Of a stretch of 64,000 nt of DNA, positions 31,223 to 41,927 are shown in pieces (position 1 is the stretch's first letter; each line of letters starts with the position of its first letter). Origin of the DNA: an uncultured Pelagibacteraceae bacterium (GTDB lineage: Bacteria > Pseudomonadota > Alphaproteobacteria > Pelagibacterales > Pelagibacteraceae). The position numbers and the translations under genes are program-made. Location of the stretch: the NCBI GenBank assembly GCA_902617625.1, contig CACMXJ010000004.1:29206-93205 (forward strand), in the 5' to 3' direction. The notes under the pieces are model-generated. The model saw only the letters and a program-made list of their open reading frames with translations, did not search any database and was not told where the DNA came from.

Positions 31223-31843
31223 ATGGCAAAACAGAAGAAAAAAAAATCAATTAGTTTAATTCTTAGAAATTATTTTATTACTGGCGTGGTAGTTTTAATA
31301 CCTATTGGTTTCACTTTATATTTAAGTAAAATATTAATTGGAATTTCATCTAAAGTAATTCCAGAAAATATAAATCCAAATAGTTATCTTCCATTTGAAA
31401 TTCCTGGATTAGAAATTATAATTTCAGTAATTTTTATTACTATTGTTGGTGGTTTATCTCTATCTTTTTTGGGTAAACGAATTCTTAAACTTATCGATGA
31501 TCTATTTAAAAGAATTCCAGTTCTAAGAACCATTTACTCTGCAATAGTACAAATGACAGAAACATTTTCTAATAAAGACCAGAATGATAAAAAAAGTGTA
31601 GTTTTAGTAGAATATCCTAGAAAAGGGGTGTGGGCTGTTGGTTTTGCGACAAAAGAAAATAAAGGCGAGATGGCAGAAAAAACTAATAAAAAATTAATTA
31701 ATGTTTTTGTTCCAACTACACCTAATCCAACAAGTGGTTTTTTACTTATGTTTCCAATTGATGAAGTTATTTATCTAAATATGACATTTGAAGAGGCATC
31801 TAAATTTATTGTTTCCGCTGGAACTTCAACAAGCAAGAATTAA
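31223..31843 (+). CDS. DUF502-family membrane protein
   Basis: 206 aa, two N-terminal TM segments, IPVLRTIYSA, PTTPNPTSGF. Confidence 0.75.
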   Translation: MAKQKKKKSISLILRNYFITGVVVLIPIGFTLYLSKILIGISSKVIPENINPNSYLPFEIPGLEIIISVIFITIVGGLSLSFLGKRILKLIDDLFKRIPVLRTIYSAIVQMTETFSNKDQNDKKSVVLVEYPRKGVWAVGFATKENKGEMAEKTNKKLINVFVPTTPNPTSGFLLMFPIDEVIYLNMTFEEASKFIVSAGTSTSKN

Positions 31844-33885
31844 GCAATATCATTTATTATATCAGCTCTATCATATAATTTTATTAATGGTTTGAATTTA
31901 CTTATATCTTCATTAAGATTTTCAATTCTTTTGATTTCTTTCTCAGCTAGAATAAAAAGATCATGATTGTGAACTGGATCAGCTAATTTAAAGTTCTTTA
32001 TACCACTTTGTTTAAAACCTAGAATGTCACCAAAACCTCTCAGCTTCATATCTTCTTCAGATATTTTAAAGCCATCATTAGAATCTTTGAGTATATTTAT
32101 TCTTTTTTTTGCATTTTCACTTAAATTAGACTTAAACATTAAAATGCATGATGACTCTTTGTTGCCTCTTCCAACTCTACCTCTCAGCTGATGTAGTTGA
32201 GATAAACCAAATTTATTTGCATTTTCAATAATTATTACATTTGCGTTTGGAAAATCTATACCAACTTCAATTATAGTGGTCGAAACTAAAATCTTAAATT
32301 CATTTTTTAGAAATTTATTCAAGATTATTTCTTTTTCCTCAGTTGTAGTTTTACCGTGAAGAAGAAAAACTTGCTTAGGAAATAATTTATTTAAGTACTC
32401 TGATTTTTTAACTGCAGAAGAGTGATCAAGTTTTTTAGACTCTTCAATTAAGGGGCATACCCAAAATATTTGATTACCTAGTTTGATTTCCTTCTTTATG
32501 AATTTTATTACATCATTAATCTTATTTTCAGGTTTACTGTAGGTTTTTACAGGTTTACGATTATTGGGTTTTTCACGAATTATTGAAAGATCCATATCGC
32601 CATAAATTGTCATTGTTAAAGTACGTGGGATTGGTGTAGCAGTCATCAAAAGAACATCACAATCTTTTCCAGCTTTATCAGACAATTTTTTTCTTTGATT
32701 TACACCAAATTTATGTTGTTCATCTATTATTATTAATCCAAGTTTTTTAAATTCTACTTTTTTTTGAAAAAGTGCATGTGTTCCAAAAATTATATCAATT
32801 TGTTTATTGAATATTTTATTGAGGATTACTTTTTTATCTTTGTGTGTAGATTTCCCTGATAGTAATTCAATCCTAATATTTTTGGAGAATAGTTTTTTAG
32901 CTAAAAGAAAATGCTGTCTAGCTAATATTTCAGTTGGTGCCATTACTGCTACTTGAAAACCTGAATTAATTGTATTGAATGCTGACAGCAAAGATACAAT
33001 TGTCTTTCCACTACCCACATCACCCTGAAGCAATCTAAACATTTTATTTTCAGAGCATAAATCTCTATTTATTTCACTTAATGTTTTATTTTGGTCATTT
33101 GTTAATTTGAAATTAAGTTTAGATATAATTTCATTTTGTTTTTTTATATTAAAGTTTTTTTTTGTTTTTTTTATTCTTTTTATTTTTTTTCTTATTTCTG
33201 AGTTTACTAAAAATGTGGAGAAAATTTCATCATAAGCAAGTCTTTGATAAAAATTTTCTTTAAATTTACCAATATTTTCTGGTTCATGTAATTTTTTGAT
33301 TGAGTCATTCCAACCTATATTGTTGAATTTTTTTAATATATCTTTTGAGTGCCATTCTTCAATTTTAGGTAAATTATTTAATATTTGTAAAATTATCTTA
33401 TTATAAACTTTTTCACTGATACCCTCTGTTAATGAATAACTATTGTGTGTTTGTTTAATTATCGAGGAGTCCTCTGAAATATATTTTGGATTTGTTAATT
33501 GATATTTATTTCTAAAGTATTTAATTTTCCCACTAATTGTTACCTCTTTGCCAATAGGTAATATTTTTTTAATATAACCCTCATAACTGTTAAAAAAAAC
33601 ACAATTTATCTCACCAGTGTCATCTTTGCATAAAACTCTATTCGGTAAGTTTCTAACTCTTGGGAATGAATATTTTAGAGGTATTACGGTTATGGTCTGT
33701 ATTTCATCTATTTTTAAATCTTTTATTTTAGATGATAAACTTCTATCAGTATAAGATTTCGGCAATTTCAATAATAAATCAAAAATAGTATTTACCTTTT
33801 TTTTCTTTAATAAATTTGAAGTTTTGGTTCCTACACCTTTTAGTAAACTGAGATCAGACAATAAGTACTCATAATTTCTTTTCAT
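31840..33885 (-). CDS. recG: ATP-dependent DNA helicase RecG
   Basis: 681 aa, LTNDQ, GDVGSGKT, DEQHKFG, QLRGRVGRG. Confidence 0.95.
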   Translation of the reverse strand: MKRNYEYLLSDLSLLKGVGTKTSNLLKKKKVNTIFDLLLKLPKSYTDRSLSSKIKDLKIDEIQTITVIPLKYSFPRVRNLPNRVLCKDDTGEINCVFFNSYEGYIKKILPIGKEVTISGKIKYFRNKYQLTNPKYISEDSSIIKQTHNSYSLTEGISEKVYNKIILQILNNLPKIEEWHSKDILKKFNNIGWNDSIKKLHEPENIGKFKENFYQRLAYDEIFSTFLVNSEIRKKIKRIKKTKKNFNIKKQNEIISKLNFKLTNDQNKTLSEINRDLCSENKMFRLLQGDVGSGKTIVSLLSAFNTINSGFQVAVMAPTEILARQHFLLAKKLFSKNIRIELLSGKSTHKDKKVILNKIFNKQIDIIFGTHALFQKKVEFKKLGLIIIDEQHKFGVNQRKKLSDKAGKDCDVLLMTATPIPRTLTMTIYGDMDLSIIREKPNNRKPVKTYSKPENKINDVIKFIKKEIKLGNQIFWVCPLIEESKKLDHSSAVKKSEYLNKLFPKQVFLLHGKTTTEEKEIILNKFLKNEFKILVSTTIIEVGIDFPNANVIIIENANKFGLSQLHQLRGRVGRGNKESSCILMFKSNLSENAKKRINILKDSNDGFKISEEDMKLRGFGDILGFKQSGIKNFKLADPVHNHDLFILAEKEIKRIENLNEDISKFKPLIKLYDRADIINDIA

Positions 33886-33913
33886 ATCAATAAACTGATA
33901 TTATATTCTTATT

Positions 33914-34171
33914 ATGACTGTTGATATAGAACAAATTAAAAAAAAAATTATTTACAGATCAAATTATCGTGGCACAAAAGAAATGGATAAACTTCTAGGC
34001 GCATTCACAAGAAAATATCTAGATCAATTAGATGAGGAAGATTTAAATCAATTGATTAAGCTTTTAGAAGTTGATGATAATAATCTTTATAATTTCTATA
34101 ATGGTTTAAACACAGACATTCAATTTGAAGATAATAAGATTAATAATTTATTTAAAAATTTTAAATATTGA
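33914..34171 (+). CDS. sdhE: Succinate dehydrogenase flavinylation factor (SdhE/SDHAF2 family)
   Basis: 85 aa. YRSNYRGTKEMDKLLGAF carries the RGxxE motif. Confidence 0.8.
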   Translation: MTVDIEQIKKKIIYRSNYRGTKEMDKLLGAFTRKYLDQLDEEDLNQLIKLLEVDDNNLYNFYNGLNTDIQFEDNKINNLFKNFKY

Positions 34172-34180
34172 AACTTTTGA

Positions 34181-34270
34181 TGGCGGAGAGACTGGGATTC
34201 GAACCCAGGAAAGAGTTGCCCCTTTGCCGGTTTTCAAGACCGGTGCTTTCAACCGCTCAGCCATCTCTCC
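34181..34270 (-). tRNA. tRNA-Ser (anticodon UGA), class II with a long variable arm
   Basis: Reverse complement: GGAGAGATGGCTGAGCGGTTGAAAGCACCGGTCTTGAAAACCGG...GGGTTCGAATCCCAGTCTCTCCGCCA. The anticodon loop is CTTGAAA. Confidence 0.9.
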
Positions 34271-34347
34271 GTGAGCAAGGTTTTATAATTATAATTATTT
34301 AATTCAACCATAAAATAGTCTATTAAACGTTTATTATCTATTTCATT

Positions 34348-35226
34348 ATGAACCAGCATTTTAATAAAGGATTAATACTTACATCTTTGGGATCCTTTTG
34401 GTGGGGTTTTATTGGTGTTATATATTTTGAGTATGTTGCCTTTATAGGACATGTTGAGTTAGTTGTTCACAGATGTTTATGGACTGCTGTTATGTTAGTC
34501 ATGACGACTCTCTTTTTTAAAAAATGGAAACTTTTTATTAAAAGTATTTCAAATAAAAAAAATCTTTTTTATCTTTTTATCTCAGGTTCATTAATATTTA
34601 TTAATTGGGCTATTTGGATTTACGCTGTAGCTACGGAAAGAATAATAGATGCTAGTTTTGGTTACTTTATTATGCCAATTATAAGTGTTTTATTGGGATA
34701 CATTTTTTTTAAGGAAAAATTGAATAAAAAAAGATTTTTTTCAATTTTATTAGTAATCATATCTATTTTGATTATGATTTTTCTTAATATAAAAACACTT
34801 CCATGGGTTGGTATTATCGTAGCTTTGAGCTGGGCATTTTATAATCTAGTAAGAAAAAAAATTGATATAGAAACTGATATAGGACTTTTAATAGAAAGTT
34901 TATATATTTTCCCTTTTGCTCTTATTGTCTTTTACTTTATTTTTGATAATGGATTAAATGACTTTAGTTTGTCTAACCCAGGACTTAGTATTTTTCTATT
35001 ATTAGCGGGACCCATGACTGTGATTCCTTTATTTTTATATGTAAGAGGTGTTGAATTAATTGGTCTTGGAGCTACAGGAATGATTTTTTATATTACACCT
35101 ACGTTGCAGTTTATTTTAGGCTACTTTTATTACAATGAGGATTTTTCACTTATTAAATTAGTGAGTTTTATTATTATCTGGATTGCTGTAATCATATATC
35201 TTAAAGATCTTTATGAAACTAATTAG
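34348..35226 (+). CDS. rarD: EamA/DMT-family transporter, RarD-like
   Basis: 292 aa, 10 TM segments, and an N-terminus KGLILTSLGSFWWGF typical of RarD. Confidence 0.75.
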   Translation: MNQHFNKGLILTSLGSFWWGFIGVIYFEYVAFIGHVELVVHRCLWTAVMLVMTTLFFKKWKLFIKSISNKKNLFYLFISGSLIFINWAIWIYAVATERIIDASFGYFIMPIISVLLGYIFFKEKLNKKRFFSILLVIISILIMIFLNIKTLPWVGIIVALSWAFYNLVRKKIDIETDIGLLIESLYIFPFALIVFYFIFDNGLNDFSLSNPGLSIFLLLAGPMTVIPLFLYVRGVELIGLGATGMIFYITPTLQFILGYFYYNEDFSLIKLVSFIIIWIAVIIYLKDLYETN

Positions 35227-36214
35227 CCACATATTTTTTTTATTTTTACTAACAATATTGAATTGTTATTCTAGTGAAAATATCAATTTCAATGAATGGA
35301 AAAAGAATTTCAAAAAAGTGGCATTAGCAAATGATATTTCAGAAAAGACTTTTGATACAGCAATGCAAAATGCAAGATTTTTACCTAAAGTTATTGAATA
35401 CGATAGATTTCAACCAGAGTTTTATGAGGACACAAAAACATATATTGGCAAACGTACTTCAACTAAAAAATTAAAAAAGGGTGTAGATTTTTACGAAAAT
35501 AATTCAAATCTTATAAATTTAGTTGAAAAAAATTTTGGAGTAGAAAAAGAATTACTTTTATCTTTAATGGGTATTGAGACTAACTTTGGTACTTATGTTG
35601 GAAAAATGGATATAATATCATCATTAGCAACATTAAGTTATGATAAAAGAAGATCAGAGTTTTTTTCAAACGAACTCTTAACTTTATTGAGATTAATTGA
35701 TGATAATCAAATAGATTATAAAACATTATATGGTTCATGGGCAGGTGCATTTGGTTTTTTTCAGTTTATGCCATCAACAATAAAGAATTATGCTTTTGAC
35801 TACAATAAAGATAATTATATTGATTTGAAAAATTCCGAAGATGCATATGCATCTGCTGCTAATTATTTAAACAAGATTGGGTGGAAAAAAAATGATCTTT
35901 GTTTTAAGAAAATTGAATTAGATGAAGATATTCCAATTAAATTTTTGAACGTATCAGCTAGAAAATTACATAGTAAAAAGAAAATTAAATCTTTTAAAAA
36001 ATATATTAAGAATTATTCTGATTTAAACATAAATAACGAAAATCAGGAAATAGCAATAATAACCCCTGACAAAGATATTATTCCTAATGCTCAAACTTTG
36101 AGTCCCGCTTATATAGTTTTTGAAAATTACGAAATTATTTTACAATGGAATAGATCTTTAAGATTTGCACTTGCCGTATGTACTCTAAAGGATAAATTTA
36201 AAAATGAAATTTAA
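35213..36214 (+). CDS. Lytic murein transglycosylase (MltB/Slt-B family)
   Basis: 333 aa, LLSLMGIETNFG, GAFGFFQFMPST. Confidence 0.85.
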   Translation: MKLISHIFFLFLLTILNCYSSENINFNEWKKNFKKVALANDISEKTFDTAMQNARFLPKVIEYDRFQPEFYEDTKTYIGKRTSTKKLKKGVDFYENNSNLINLVEKNFGVEKELLLSLMGIETNFGTYVGKMDIISSLATLSYDKRRSEFFSNELLTLLRLIDDNQIDYKTLYGSWAGAFGFFQFMPSTIKNYAFDYNKDNYIDLKNSEDAYASAANYLNKIGWKKNDLCFKKIELDEDIPIKFLNVSARKLHSKKKIKSFKKYIKNYSDLNINNENQEIAIITPDKDIIPNAQTLSPAYIVFENYEIILQWNRSLRFALAVCTLKDKFKNEI

Positions 36215-36956
36215 TATTTTTATTATTTTAAGTACTTTATTTTTTTTATTAAGTTGCGATCAAACTACTATTGATCAAACTAAGAAATTAGACATTACAT
36301 TTGACAAAAAATATAAAAATAGTGGATTTTCTCTTATTTATAATGACGAATTAAAAATTAAGAAAATTGATCAAAGATCATTAACAATATTTCATAAAAA
36401 TCTTAAAAGAAAATCAAATGTAAAAATTACTAACCCTTTAAATGGAAAATCACTTATTGCAGTAGTAAAATCAAACAGAGTAAAATTTTCACCATTTTAC
36501 AATTCAATTATTACCCAAAGAATTGCTGAGGAATTAGAACTTGATTTAAACGAACCTTATATAGATATAGTCTTGATTTCAAAAAATTCTACATATATTG
36601 CCAAAAAAACTAAAACTTTTGAGGAAGAAAAAACAGTTGCTGAAAAGGCACCTATAGATGGTATTAAAATTAGTGATCTAAACTCATCCAATAAAACTAA
36701 AAAAAAATTACAAAAAAATAATAAATTTTCTTATTATATTAAGGTAGCTGATTTTTATTATAAAAAATCTGCTAAAAATATGAGTAATAGAATCAAAAAT
36801 GAAGTTAAATTGAAAAATATCAAAATCATTGAACTTACAAAAACTAATTATAGGTTATTATTGGGACCATTTAATGATATACAGTCTCTTAAAGACTCAT
36901 TTGAAAAAATGAATTCTTTGTATTTTGAAAATCTAGAAATAATTAAAGATGCTTAA
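36204..36956 (+). CDS. Lipoprotein with a C-terminal SPOR domain, in the RlpA position; the RlpA-like barrel appears truncated or degenerate
   Basis: LLSC lipobox. VKITNPLNGKSLIAVVKSNRVKF resembles the distal half of the RlpA DPBB domain. The C-terminal YYIKVADFYYKKSAKN...YRLLLGPF is SPOR-like. Synteny is mltB-rlpA-dac-tmk. Confidence 0.6.
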   Translation: MKFNIFIILSTLFFLLSCDQTTIDQTKKLDITFDKKYKNSGFSLIYNDELKIKKIDQRSLTIFHKNLKRKSNVKITNPLNGKSLIAVVKSNRVKFSPFYNSIITQRIAEELELDLNEPYIDIVLISKNSTYIAKKTKTFEEEKTVAEKAPIDGIKISDLNSSNKTKKKLQKNNKFSYYIKVADFYYKKSAKNMSNRIKNEVKLKNIKIIELTKTNYRLLLGPFNDIQSLKDSFEKMNSLYFENLEIIKDA

Positions 36957-38100
36957 AAAAATTTTAATCATTATCTCATTATATTTATCTCTAATTTTTT
37001 CTGTTAATGCAAATATTGACATAAAAGCTAGAACAGCAATATTACAAGATTTCTTATCTGGAGAAATTTTATATGAAAAAGATCCAGATAGATCAATTTA
37101 TCCAGCTTCAATGACTAAGATAATGACATCAATAATTGCTTTTGATTTAATAAAATCAGGTGATCTATCTTTAGATGATAAATTTATAATCTCTGAAAAA
37201 GCTTGGAGATTATCAACCGCAGGTTATTCATCTATGTTTATAATGGTAGGTGATGAAGTTTCTGTAGAGGATTTACTATTAGGTATAATAATTGCATCTG
37301 GTAATGACGCGTGTATTGCACTTGCGGAAGGAATAGCTGGCACTGAAGAAGAATTTGCAATCTTAATGACATCTAAAGCAAAAGAGCTTGGAATGGAAAA
37401 TACAAATTTTGCTAATTCATCTGGTATCAACGATCCAGACAATTATTCAACCGTTAGAGATATTTTGATTATGTCTAATTATTTAATTAAGGAACATCCA
37501 AAATATTATGAGTGGTTTGCTGAAAAAGAATTTACATGGAATAGAACCGGAGGTGATCCAATCACACAAGGTAACAGAAACCCTCTTCTTTATAAAAATA
37601 TTGGTGCCGATGGTATTAAAACAGGATACTTAGCTGTTGAAAAATATTCATTAGCGTCGTCAATTAATAGAAAGGGGAGAAGATTAATAGCTGTTGGAAG
37701 TGGATTTGAAACCAAAGGTTCAAGATCAAGAGAAAGTTCAAGGTTATTAACTTATGGATTAACAAATTTTGATTTAGTTGAGATAAATAAAGCGAATAAA
37801 CCTATTGATAAAGTAGAGGTATGGCTTGGTAAACAAAGCTATGTTGATGTTCATGTTGATACTGATATTTATAAAACAATCAAAAAAGCAAAAAAAAGAT
37901 TATTAAAGATATCCTTGAAATATGATGGACCAGTAGAAGCGCCGATTAAAAAAAATCAAAAAATTGGAACTTACAGAATAGTATATGATCAAGAATTGAT
38001 AGGTGAATATGATCTATTGGCATCTAGCGATGTTCAAAAAGTAAATATTTTTACTAGATTAATTAAATCATTGAATTATTTAATCTGGGGCGATGTCTAG
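36949..38100 (+). CDS. D-alanyl-D-alanine carboxypeptidase (PBP5/6 class, S11)
   Basis: SMTK (SxxK), SGND (SxN), KTGY (KTG) and a signal peptide. Confidence 0.9.
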   Translation: MLKKILIIISLYLSLIFSVNANIDIKARTAILQDFLSGEILYEKDPDRSIYPASMTKIMTSIIAFDLIKSGDLSLDDKFIISEKAWRLSTAGYSSMFIMVGDEVSVEDLLLGIIIASGNDACIALAEGIAGTEEEFAILMTSKAKELGMENTNFANSSGINDPDNYSTVRDILIMSNYLIKEHPKYYEWFAEKEFTWNRTGGDPITQGNRNPLLYKNIGADGIKTGYLAVEKYSLASSINRKGRRLIAVGSGFETKGSRSRESSRLLTYGLTNFDLVEINKANKPIDKVEVWLGKQSYVDVHVDTDIYKTIKKAKKRLLKISLKYDGPVEAPIKKNQKIGTYRIVYDQELIGEYDLLASSDVQKVNIFTRLIKSLNYLIWGDV

Positions 38101-38707
38101 AAAGCCTGTTATTGTTTTCGAGGGCATTGAAGGTAGTGGAAAGACTCACCATTTAAATAAAATTTCAAAATATCTAAAAAAAAGAAAACTTTCTTTTATC
38201 AAGATAAGAGAACCAGGAGGAAGTTTAAATTCAGAAAAAATTAGAAAATTGATACTTAATAAAAAATCCAATTTTAATAAAAATACAGATTTGCTACTTT
38301 ATTTAGCATCTAGAAGTGAAAATATAAATCTACTAAGAAAATATTATAAAAAAAGAATTATATTAATAGATAGATTTGTTGATTCAACTATTTCATATCA
38401 ACATTACGGTATGGGTGTAAATTTAGATTTAATAAATACTATAAACAAACATATCTTATCAAACTTTAAAGTCTCTTTTACTTTTTTAAACCTAGTAAAT
38501 CATAAAAATATGGTAAAGCGACTTAGATTAAGAAAATCTACTAATAGGTATGATAATTTCGAAAAAAACTTTTACAATAAAGTTCAAAAAGGTTTTATAA
38601 AACTATCAAATAAGAATAAAAGAAAATATCAAATAATTGACTCAAATTTAGATATTAAGCTGAATGAAAAATTAGTTTTAAAGAAAATTGAAAAATTGAT
38701 AAAATGA
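38093..38707 (+). CDS. tmk: Thymidylate kinase
   Basis: FEGIEGSGKTH P-loop, DRF motif. 204 aa. Confidence 0.9.
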   Translation: MSRKPVIVFEGIEGSGKTHHLNKISKYLKKRKLSFIKIREPGGSLNSEKIRKLILNKKSNFNKNTDLLLYLASRSENINLLRKYYKKRIILIDRFVDSTISYQHYGMGVNLDLINTINKHILSNFKVSFTFLNLVNHKNMVKRLRLRKSTNRYDNFEKNFYNKVQKGFIKLSNKNKRKYQIIDSNLDIKLNEKLVLKKIEKLIK

Positions 38708-39633
38708 GCCTAGGTCCAATAAATCAAACTAATTTGTTTTCACTCGATAACTATCTGTTGGAATTTGTCGAACTTTATAAGAAAAAAAGTTTACCTACAA
38801 AAATTTTACTAAGCGGTGACAAAGGTTTAGGTAAGTCAACTTTAGCATTTCATTTAGTAAATTATATATTATCCATTAACGAAGAACATCCCTATATTAT
38901 TAAAGAATCTAAAATTAATCCTGACAATAAATCTTATAAGCTTACAATAAATGGATCGAATCCCAACTTATTATTAGTTGATACCGCAAATGAAAAAAAA
39001 AATATTGATATTAATCAAATTAGAGAATTAATTAATAATTTGAATAAATCATCATTTAATAATAAGGAAAGATTTATAATTATAGATAATATCGAAAAAT
39101 TAAATATTTCCTCTATTAACGCGCTTTTAAAAGTTTTAGAGGAACCACCATCAAACACTTATTTTATATTGATAAATAATGACAGGTTTATTCTACCAAC
39201 TTTAAAATCAAGATGTATCAATTTTAAAATATCTTTAGATCACAAAACTTCAATTTCAGTTATTAATAAGATTTTAGATAATGATATAATGAAATTTATT
39301 AATAAAGATTTGATAAACTACTATTTAACACCTGGACAAATATATTATTTAATTGAATTTTTTAAAATACAAAAACATGATTTAAAAGATTATGATTTAA
39401 AAAGTTTTCTAAAACTTGTTATTAAAGATAATTTGTATAAAAAAGACGCTTTAATTAAAGATATAATATTTCAATATTTTGAGTTTTATTTTTTAACAAA
39501 AGTAAAATTAGCAAAATCAAGAACTTTTGAATATTATGATTATTTTTTGAAGAGAATAAATGACACTAAAAAATTTAATTTAGATGAAGAGTCTTTATTT
39601 ATGGAATTTGAATATAAAATTTTAAATGGATAA
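38704..39633 (+). CDS. holB: DNA polymerase III delta-prime subunit
   Basis: LLSGDKGLGKSTLA, LLKVLEEPP, SRC. Sits between tmk and metG. Confidence 0.8.
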   Translation: MSLGPINQTNLFSLDNYLLEFVELYKKKSLPTKILLSGDKGLGKSTLAFHLVNYILSINEEHPYIIKESKINPDNKSYKLTINGSNPNLLLVDTANEKKNIDINQIRELINNLNKSSFNNKERFIIIDNIEKLNISSINALLKVLEEPPSNTYFILINNDRFILPTLKSRCINFKISLDHKTSISVINKILDNDIMKFINKDLINYYLTPGQIYYLIEFFKIQKHDLKDYDLKSFLKLVIKDNLYKKDALIKDIIFQYFEFYFLTKVKLAKSRTFEYYDYFLKRINDTKKFNLDEESLFMEFEYKILNG

Positions 39634-41167
39634 AAATTTTTATATTACTACTCCAATATATTACCCATCTGGAAAACCTCATATGGGGCATGCATATTCG
39701 AGTATTATAGCTGACTTTTTTGCGCGATTTAAATTAATTGATGATTATAAAGTTCATTTTTTAACTGGTACAGATGAGCATGGTTTAAAGATACAAAGAT
39801 CAGCTGAAAAAGTGGGTAAGAAGCCTAAGGAATTCTGCGATCAAATTAGTCAAACATTTAAAGATCTCTCAAAAACATTAAATTTATCTAATACGGATTT
39901 TATAAGAACTACTGAGGATAGACATAAAAAAACAGTTCAGCATCTCTGGTCTCTTCTTGAAAAAAATGATGACATTTATTTATCAAATTATTCTGGATGG
40001 TATTCAGTCTCAGATGAGGCTTTTTACAATGAAGATGAAATAGAGGAAATAGATGGAAAAAAAATTGCAAAATCCTCAAAATCTAATGTTGAGTGGATAG
40101 AGGAAGAGTCTTATTTTTTTCGACTCTCTAAATGGCAAAAACCCTTATTAGAATTTTATGAAAATAATCCAGATTTTATATTGCCTGAGTCTAGAAAAAA
40201 CGAAGTAATAAGTTTTGTAAAAAGTGGTCTTAAAGATCTTTCTGTAAGTCGTAAAACTTTTACATGGGGAATTCCAGTTCCTAGTAACGATAAACATATT
40301 ATTTATGTATGGCTCGATGCATTAACAAATTATTTAAGTGCTTTAAATTATCCAGATACAAATGATGAACTTTTTAAAAAATTTTGGCCAGCATCTATCC
40401 ATTTGATTGGTAAAGATATCTTAAGATTTCATGCAGTTTATTGGCCTGCTTTTCTTTTAGCTGCTAAAATTGAATTACCAAAAAAAGTTTATGGTCATGG
40501 TTGGATATTATCTGGTGAAGAAAAAATGTCAAAATCTAAGGGAAACATTTTAGATCCATTAAAAATTATTGAACAATACGGTTTAGACCCTTTGCGATAT
40601 TATTTGGTTAAGGAAGTTTCATTTGGAAACGATGGTAATATTTCTCAAGAAAGACTTGAAGATTGTATAAATAGTGATTTAGCAAATAATTATGGTAATT
40701 TATGTCAAAGAGTTACTGCTTTTGCGATGAAAAATTGTGATGGAAAAATTCCTGCAAAAATTGATTTTCAACCAGATGATTTAAAGATATTAAATAAATT
40801 TCAAGAAAATTTAGATACTATAAGGTCTAAAATAAATGAACAAAATATAAATTTTTATATAGATTTCATTGTTAATTCTCTGTTTGACGCAAACAAATAC
40901 TTTAATGATCAAGAACCATGGAAAAAAAAAGATAATTTAATTAGGTTAAATACTATAGTTTATACAACGTTAGAAATAATCAGGAAAATTAGCTTTTTAC
41001 TTTATCCAATTATTCCCGAAACATCATTAAAAGCATTAAAAATTTTTAATTTATCAGAAAAAGATATCAAATTAGAAACTATTTCTAATAATGAATTTAT
41101 AATTAAAGGTAATATGATAAATAAAATAGATATATTAATTAAGAAAATAGAAAAAGAAAATGATTGA
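39626..41167 (+). CDS. metG: Methionyl-tRNA synthetase
   Basis: 513 aa with PSGKPHMGHAYS (HIGH-type) and KMSKSKGN. Confidence 0.95.
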   Translation: MDKNFYITTPIYYPSGKPHMGHAYSSIIADFFARFKLIDDYKVHFLTGTDEHGLKIQRSAEKVGKKPKEFCDQISQTFKDLSKTLNLSNTDFIRTTEDRHKKTVQHLWSLLEKNDDIYLSNYSGWYSVSDEAFYNEDEIEEIDGKKIAKSSKSNVEWIEEESYFFRLSKWQKPLLEFYENNPDFILPESRKNEVISFVKSGLKDLSVSRKTFTWGIPVPSNDKHIIYVWLDALTNYLSALNYPDTNDELFKKFWPASIHLIGKDILRFHAVYWPAFLLAAKIELPKKVYGHGWILSGEEKMSKSKGNILDPLKIIEQYGLDPLRYYLVKEVSFGNDGNISQERLEDCINSDLANNYGNLCQRVTAFAMKNCDGKIPAKIDFQPDDLKILNKFQENLDTIRSKINEQNINFYIDFIVNSLFDANKYFNDQEPWKKKDNLIRLNTIVYTTLEIIRKISFLLYPIIPETSLKALKIFNLSEKDIKLETISNNEFIIKGNMINKIDILIKKIEKEND

Positions 41168-41921
41168 CTCACATTGCCATCTAGATCATGAACCACTACT
41201 AAGTGACCTTTCAAATGTACTCAAAAGATCTAAAAATGTTGGTATTAAAAAGTTATTAACTATATCTACATCTTTTGAGAGTTTTTCTAGAATTAAAGAT
41301 ATAGTCAACAAAGATGAGATCATATATGGAACAGTAGGCATACATCCACATGAAAGTGACACTAATACAATAACTAAGAATGAAATAGTTAAAAGTCTTA
41401 AAGAAAACCCTAAAATAATTGGAATAGGAGAAACGGGATTAGATTATTATTATAATAACAGTGATAAAGAGAAACAAATAACTAGTTTTAAAACACATAT
41501 TGAAGCAGCGATAGAGTGTGACGTTCCTATTATCATACATTCAAGAGATGCAGAAGATGACACTTTTAATATACTCAATGAGTATAAAAGACATAATCCT
41601 AGAATTTTAATGCACTGCTTCACTGGATCAAAAAAATTTTCAGAAAAACTTCTTACATTGAATTCTTATTTTTCAGCAAGTGGAATTATAACTTTTAAAA
41701 ATTCAGTTGATCTTCAAGAAACCTTTAGATCTCTACCATTAGATAAACTTTTAATAGAAACTGATAGTCCATATTTGGCACCTGTGCCTAATCGAGGAAA
41801 AAAAAATGAACCATCCTTTATTGATTTTACAGCAGAAAAATTAGCGCAAATTAAAGATGTATCCAAATCAGATCTTATAGAATTCACTTCGAACAACTTT
41901 AATAAATTATTCTTTAATTAA
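41160..41921 (+). CDS. tatD: TatD-family metal-dependent hydrolase/DNase
   Basis: IDSHCHLD, GETGLDYYY, IHSRDA, ETDSPYL. Confidence 0.9.
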   Translation: MIDSHCHLDHEPLLSDLSNVLKRSKNVGIKKLLTISTSFESFSRIKDIVNKDEIIYGTVGIHPHESDTNTITKNEIVKSLKENPKIIGIGETGLDYYYNNSDKEKQITSFKTHIEAAIECDVPIIIHSRDAEDDTFNILNEYKRHNPRILMHCFTGSKKFSEKLLTLNSYFSASGIITFKNSVDLQETFRSLPLDKLLIETDSPYLAPVPNRGKKNEPSFIDFTAEKLAQIKDVSKSDLIEFTSNNFNKLFFN

Positions 41922-41927
41922 AATATT

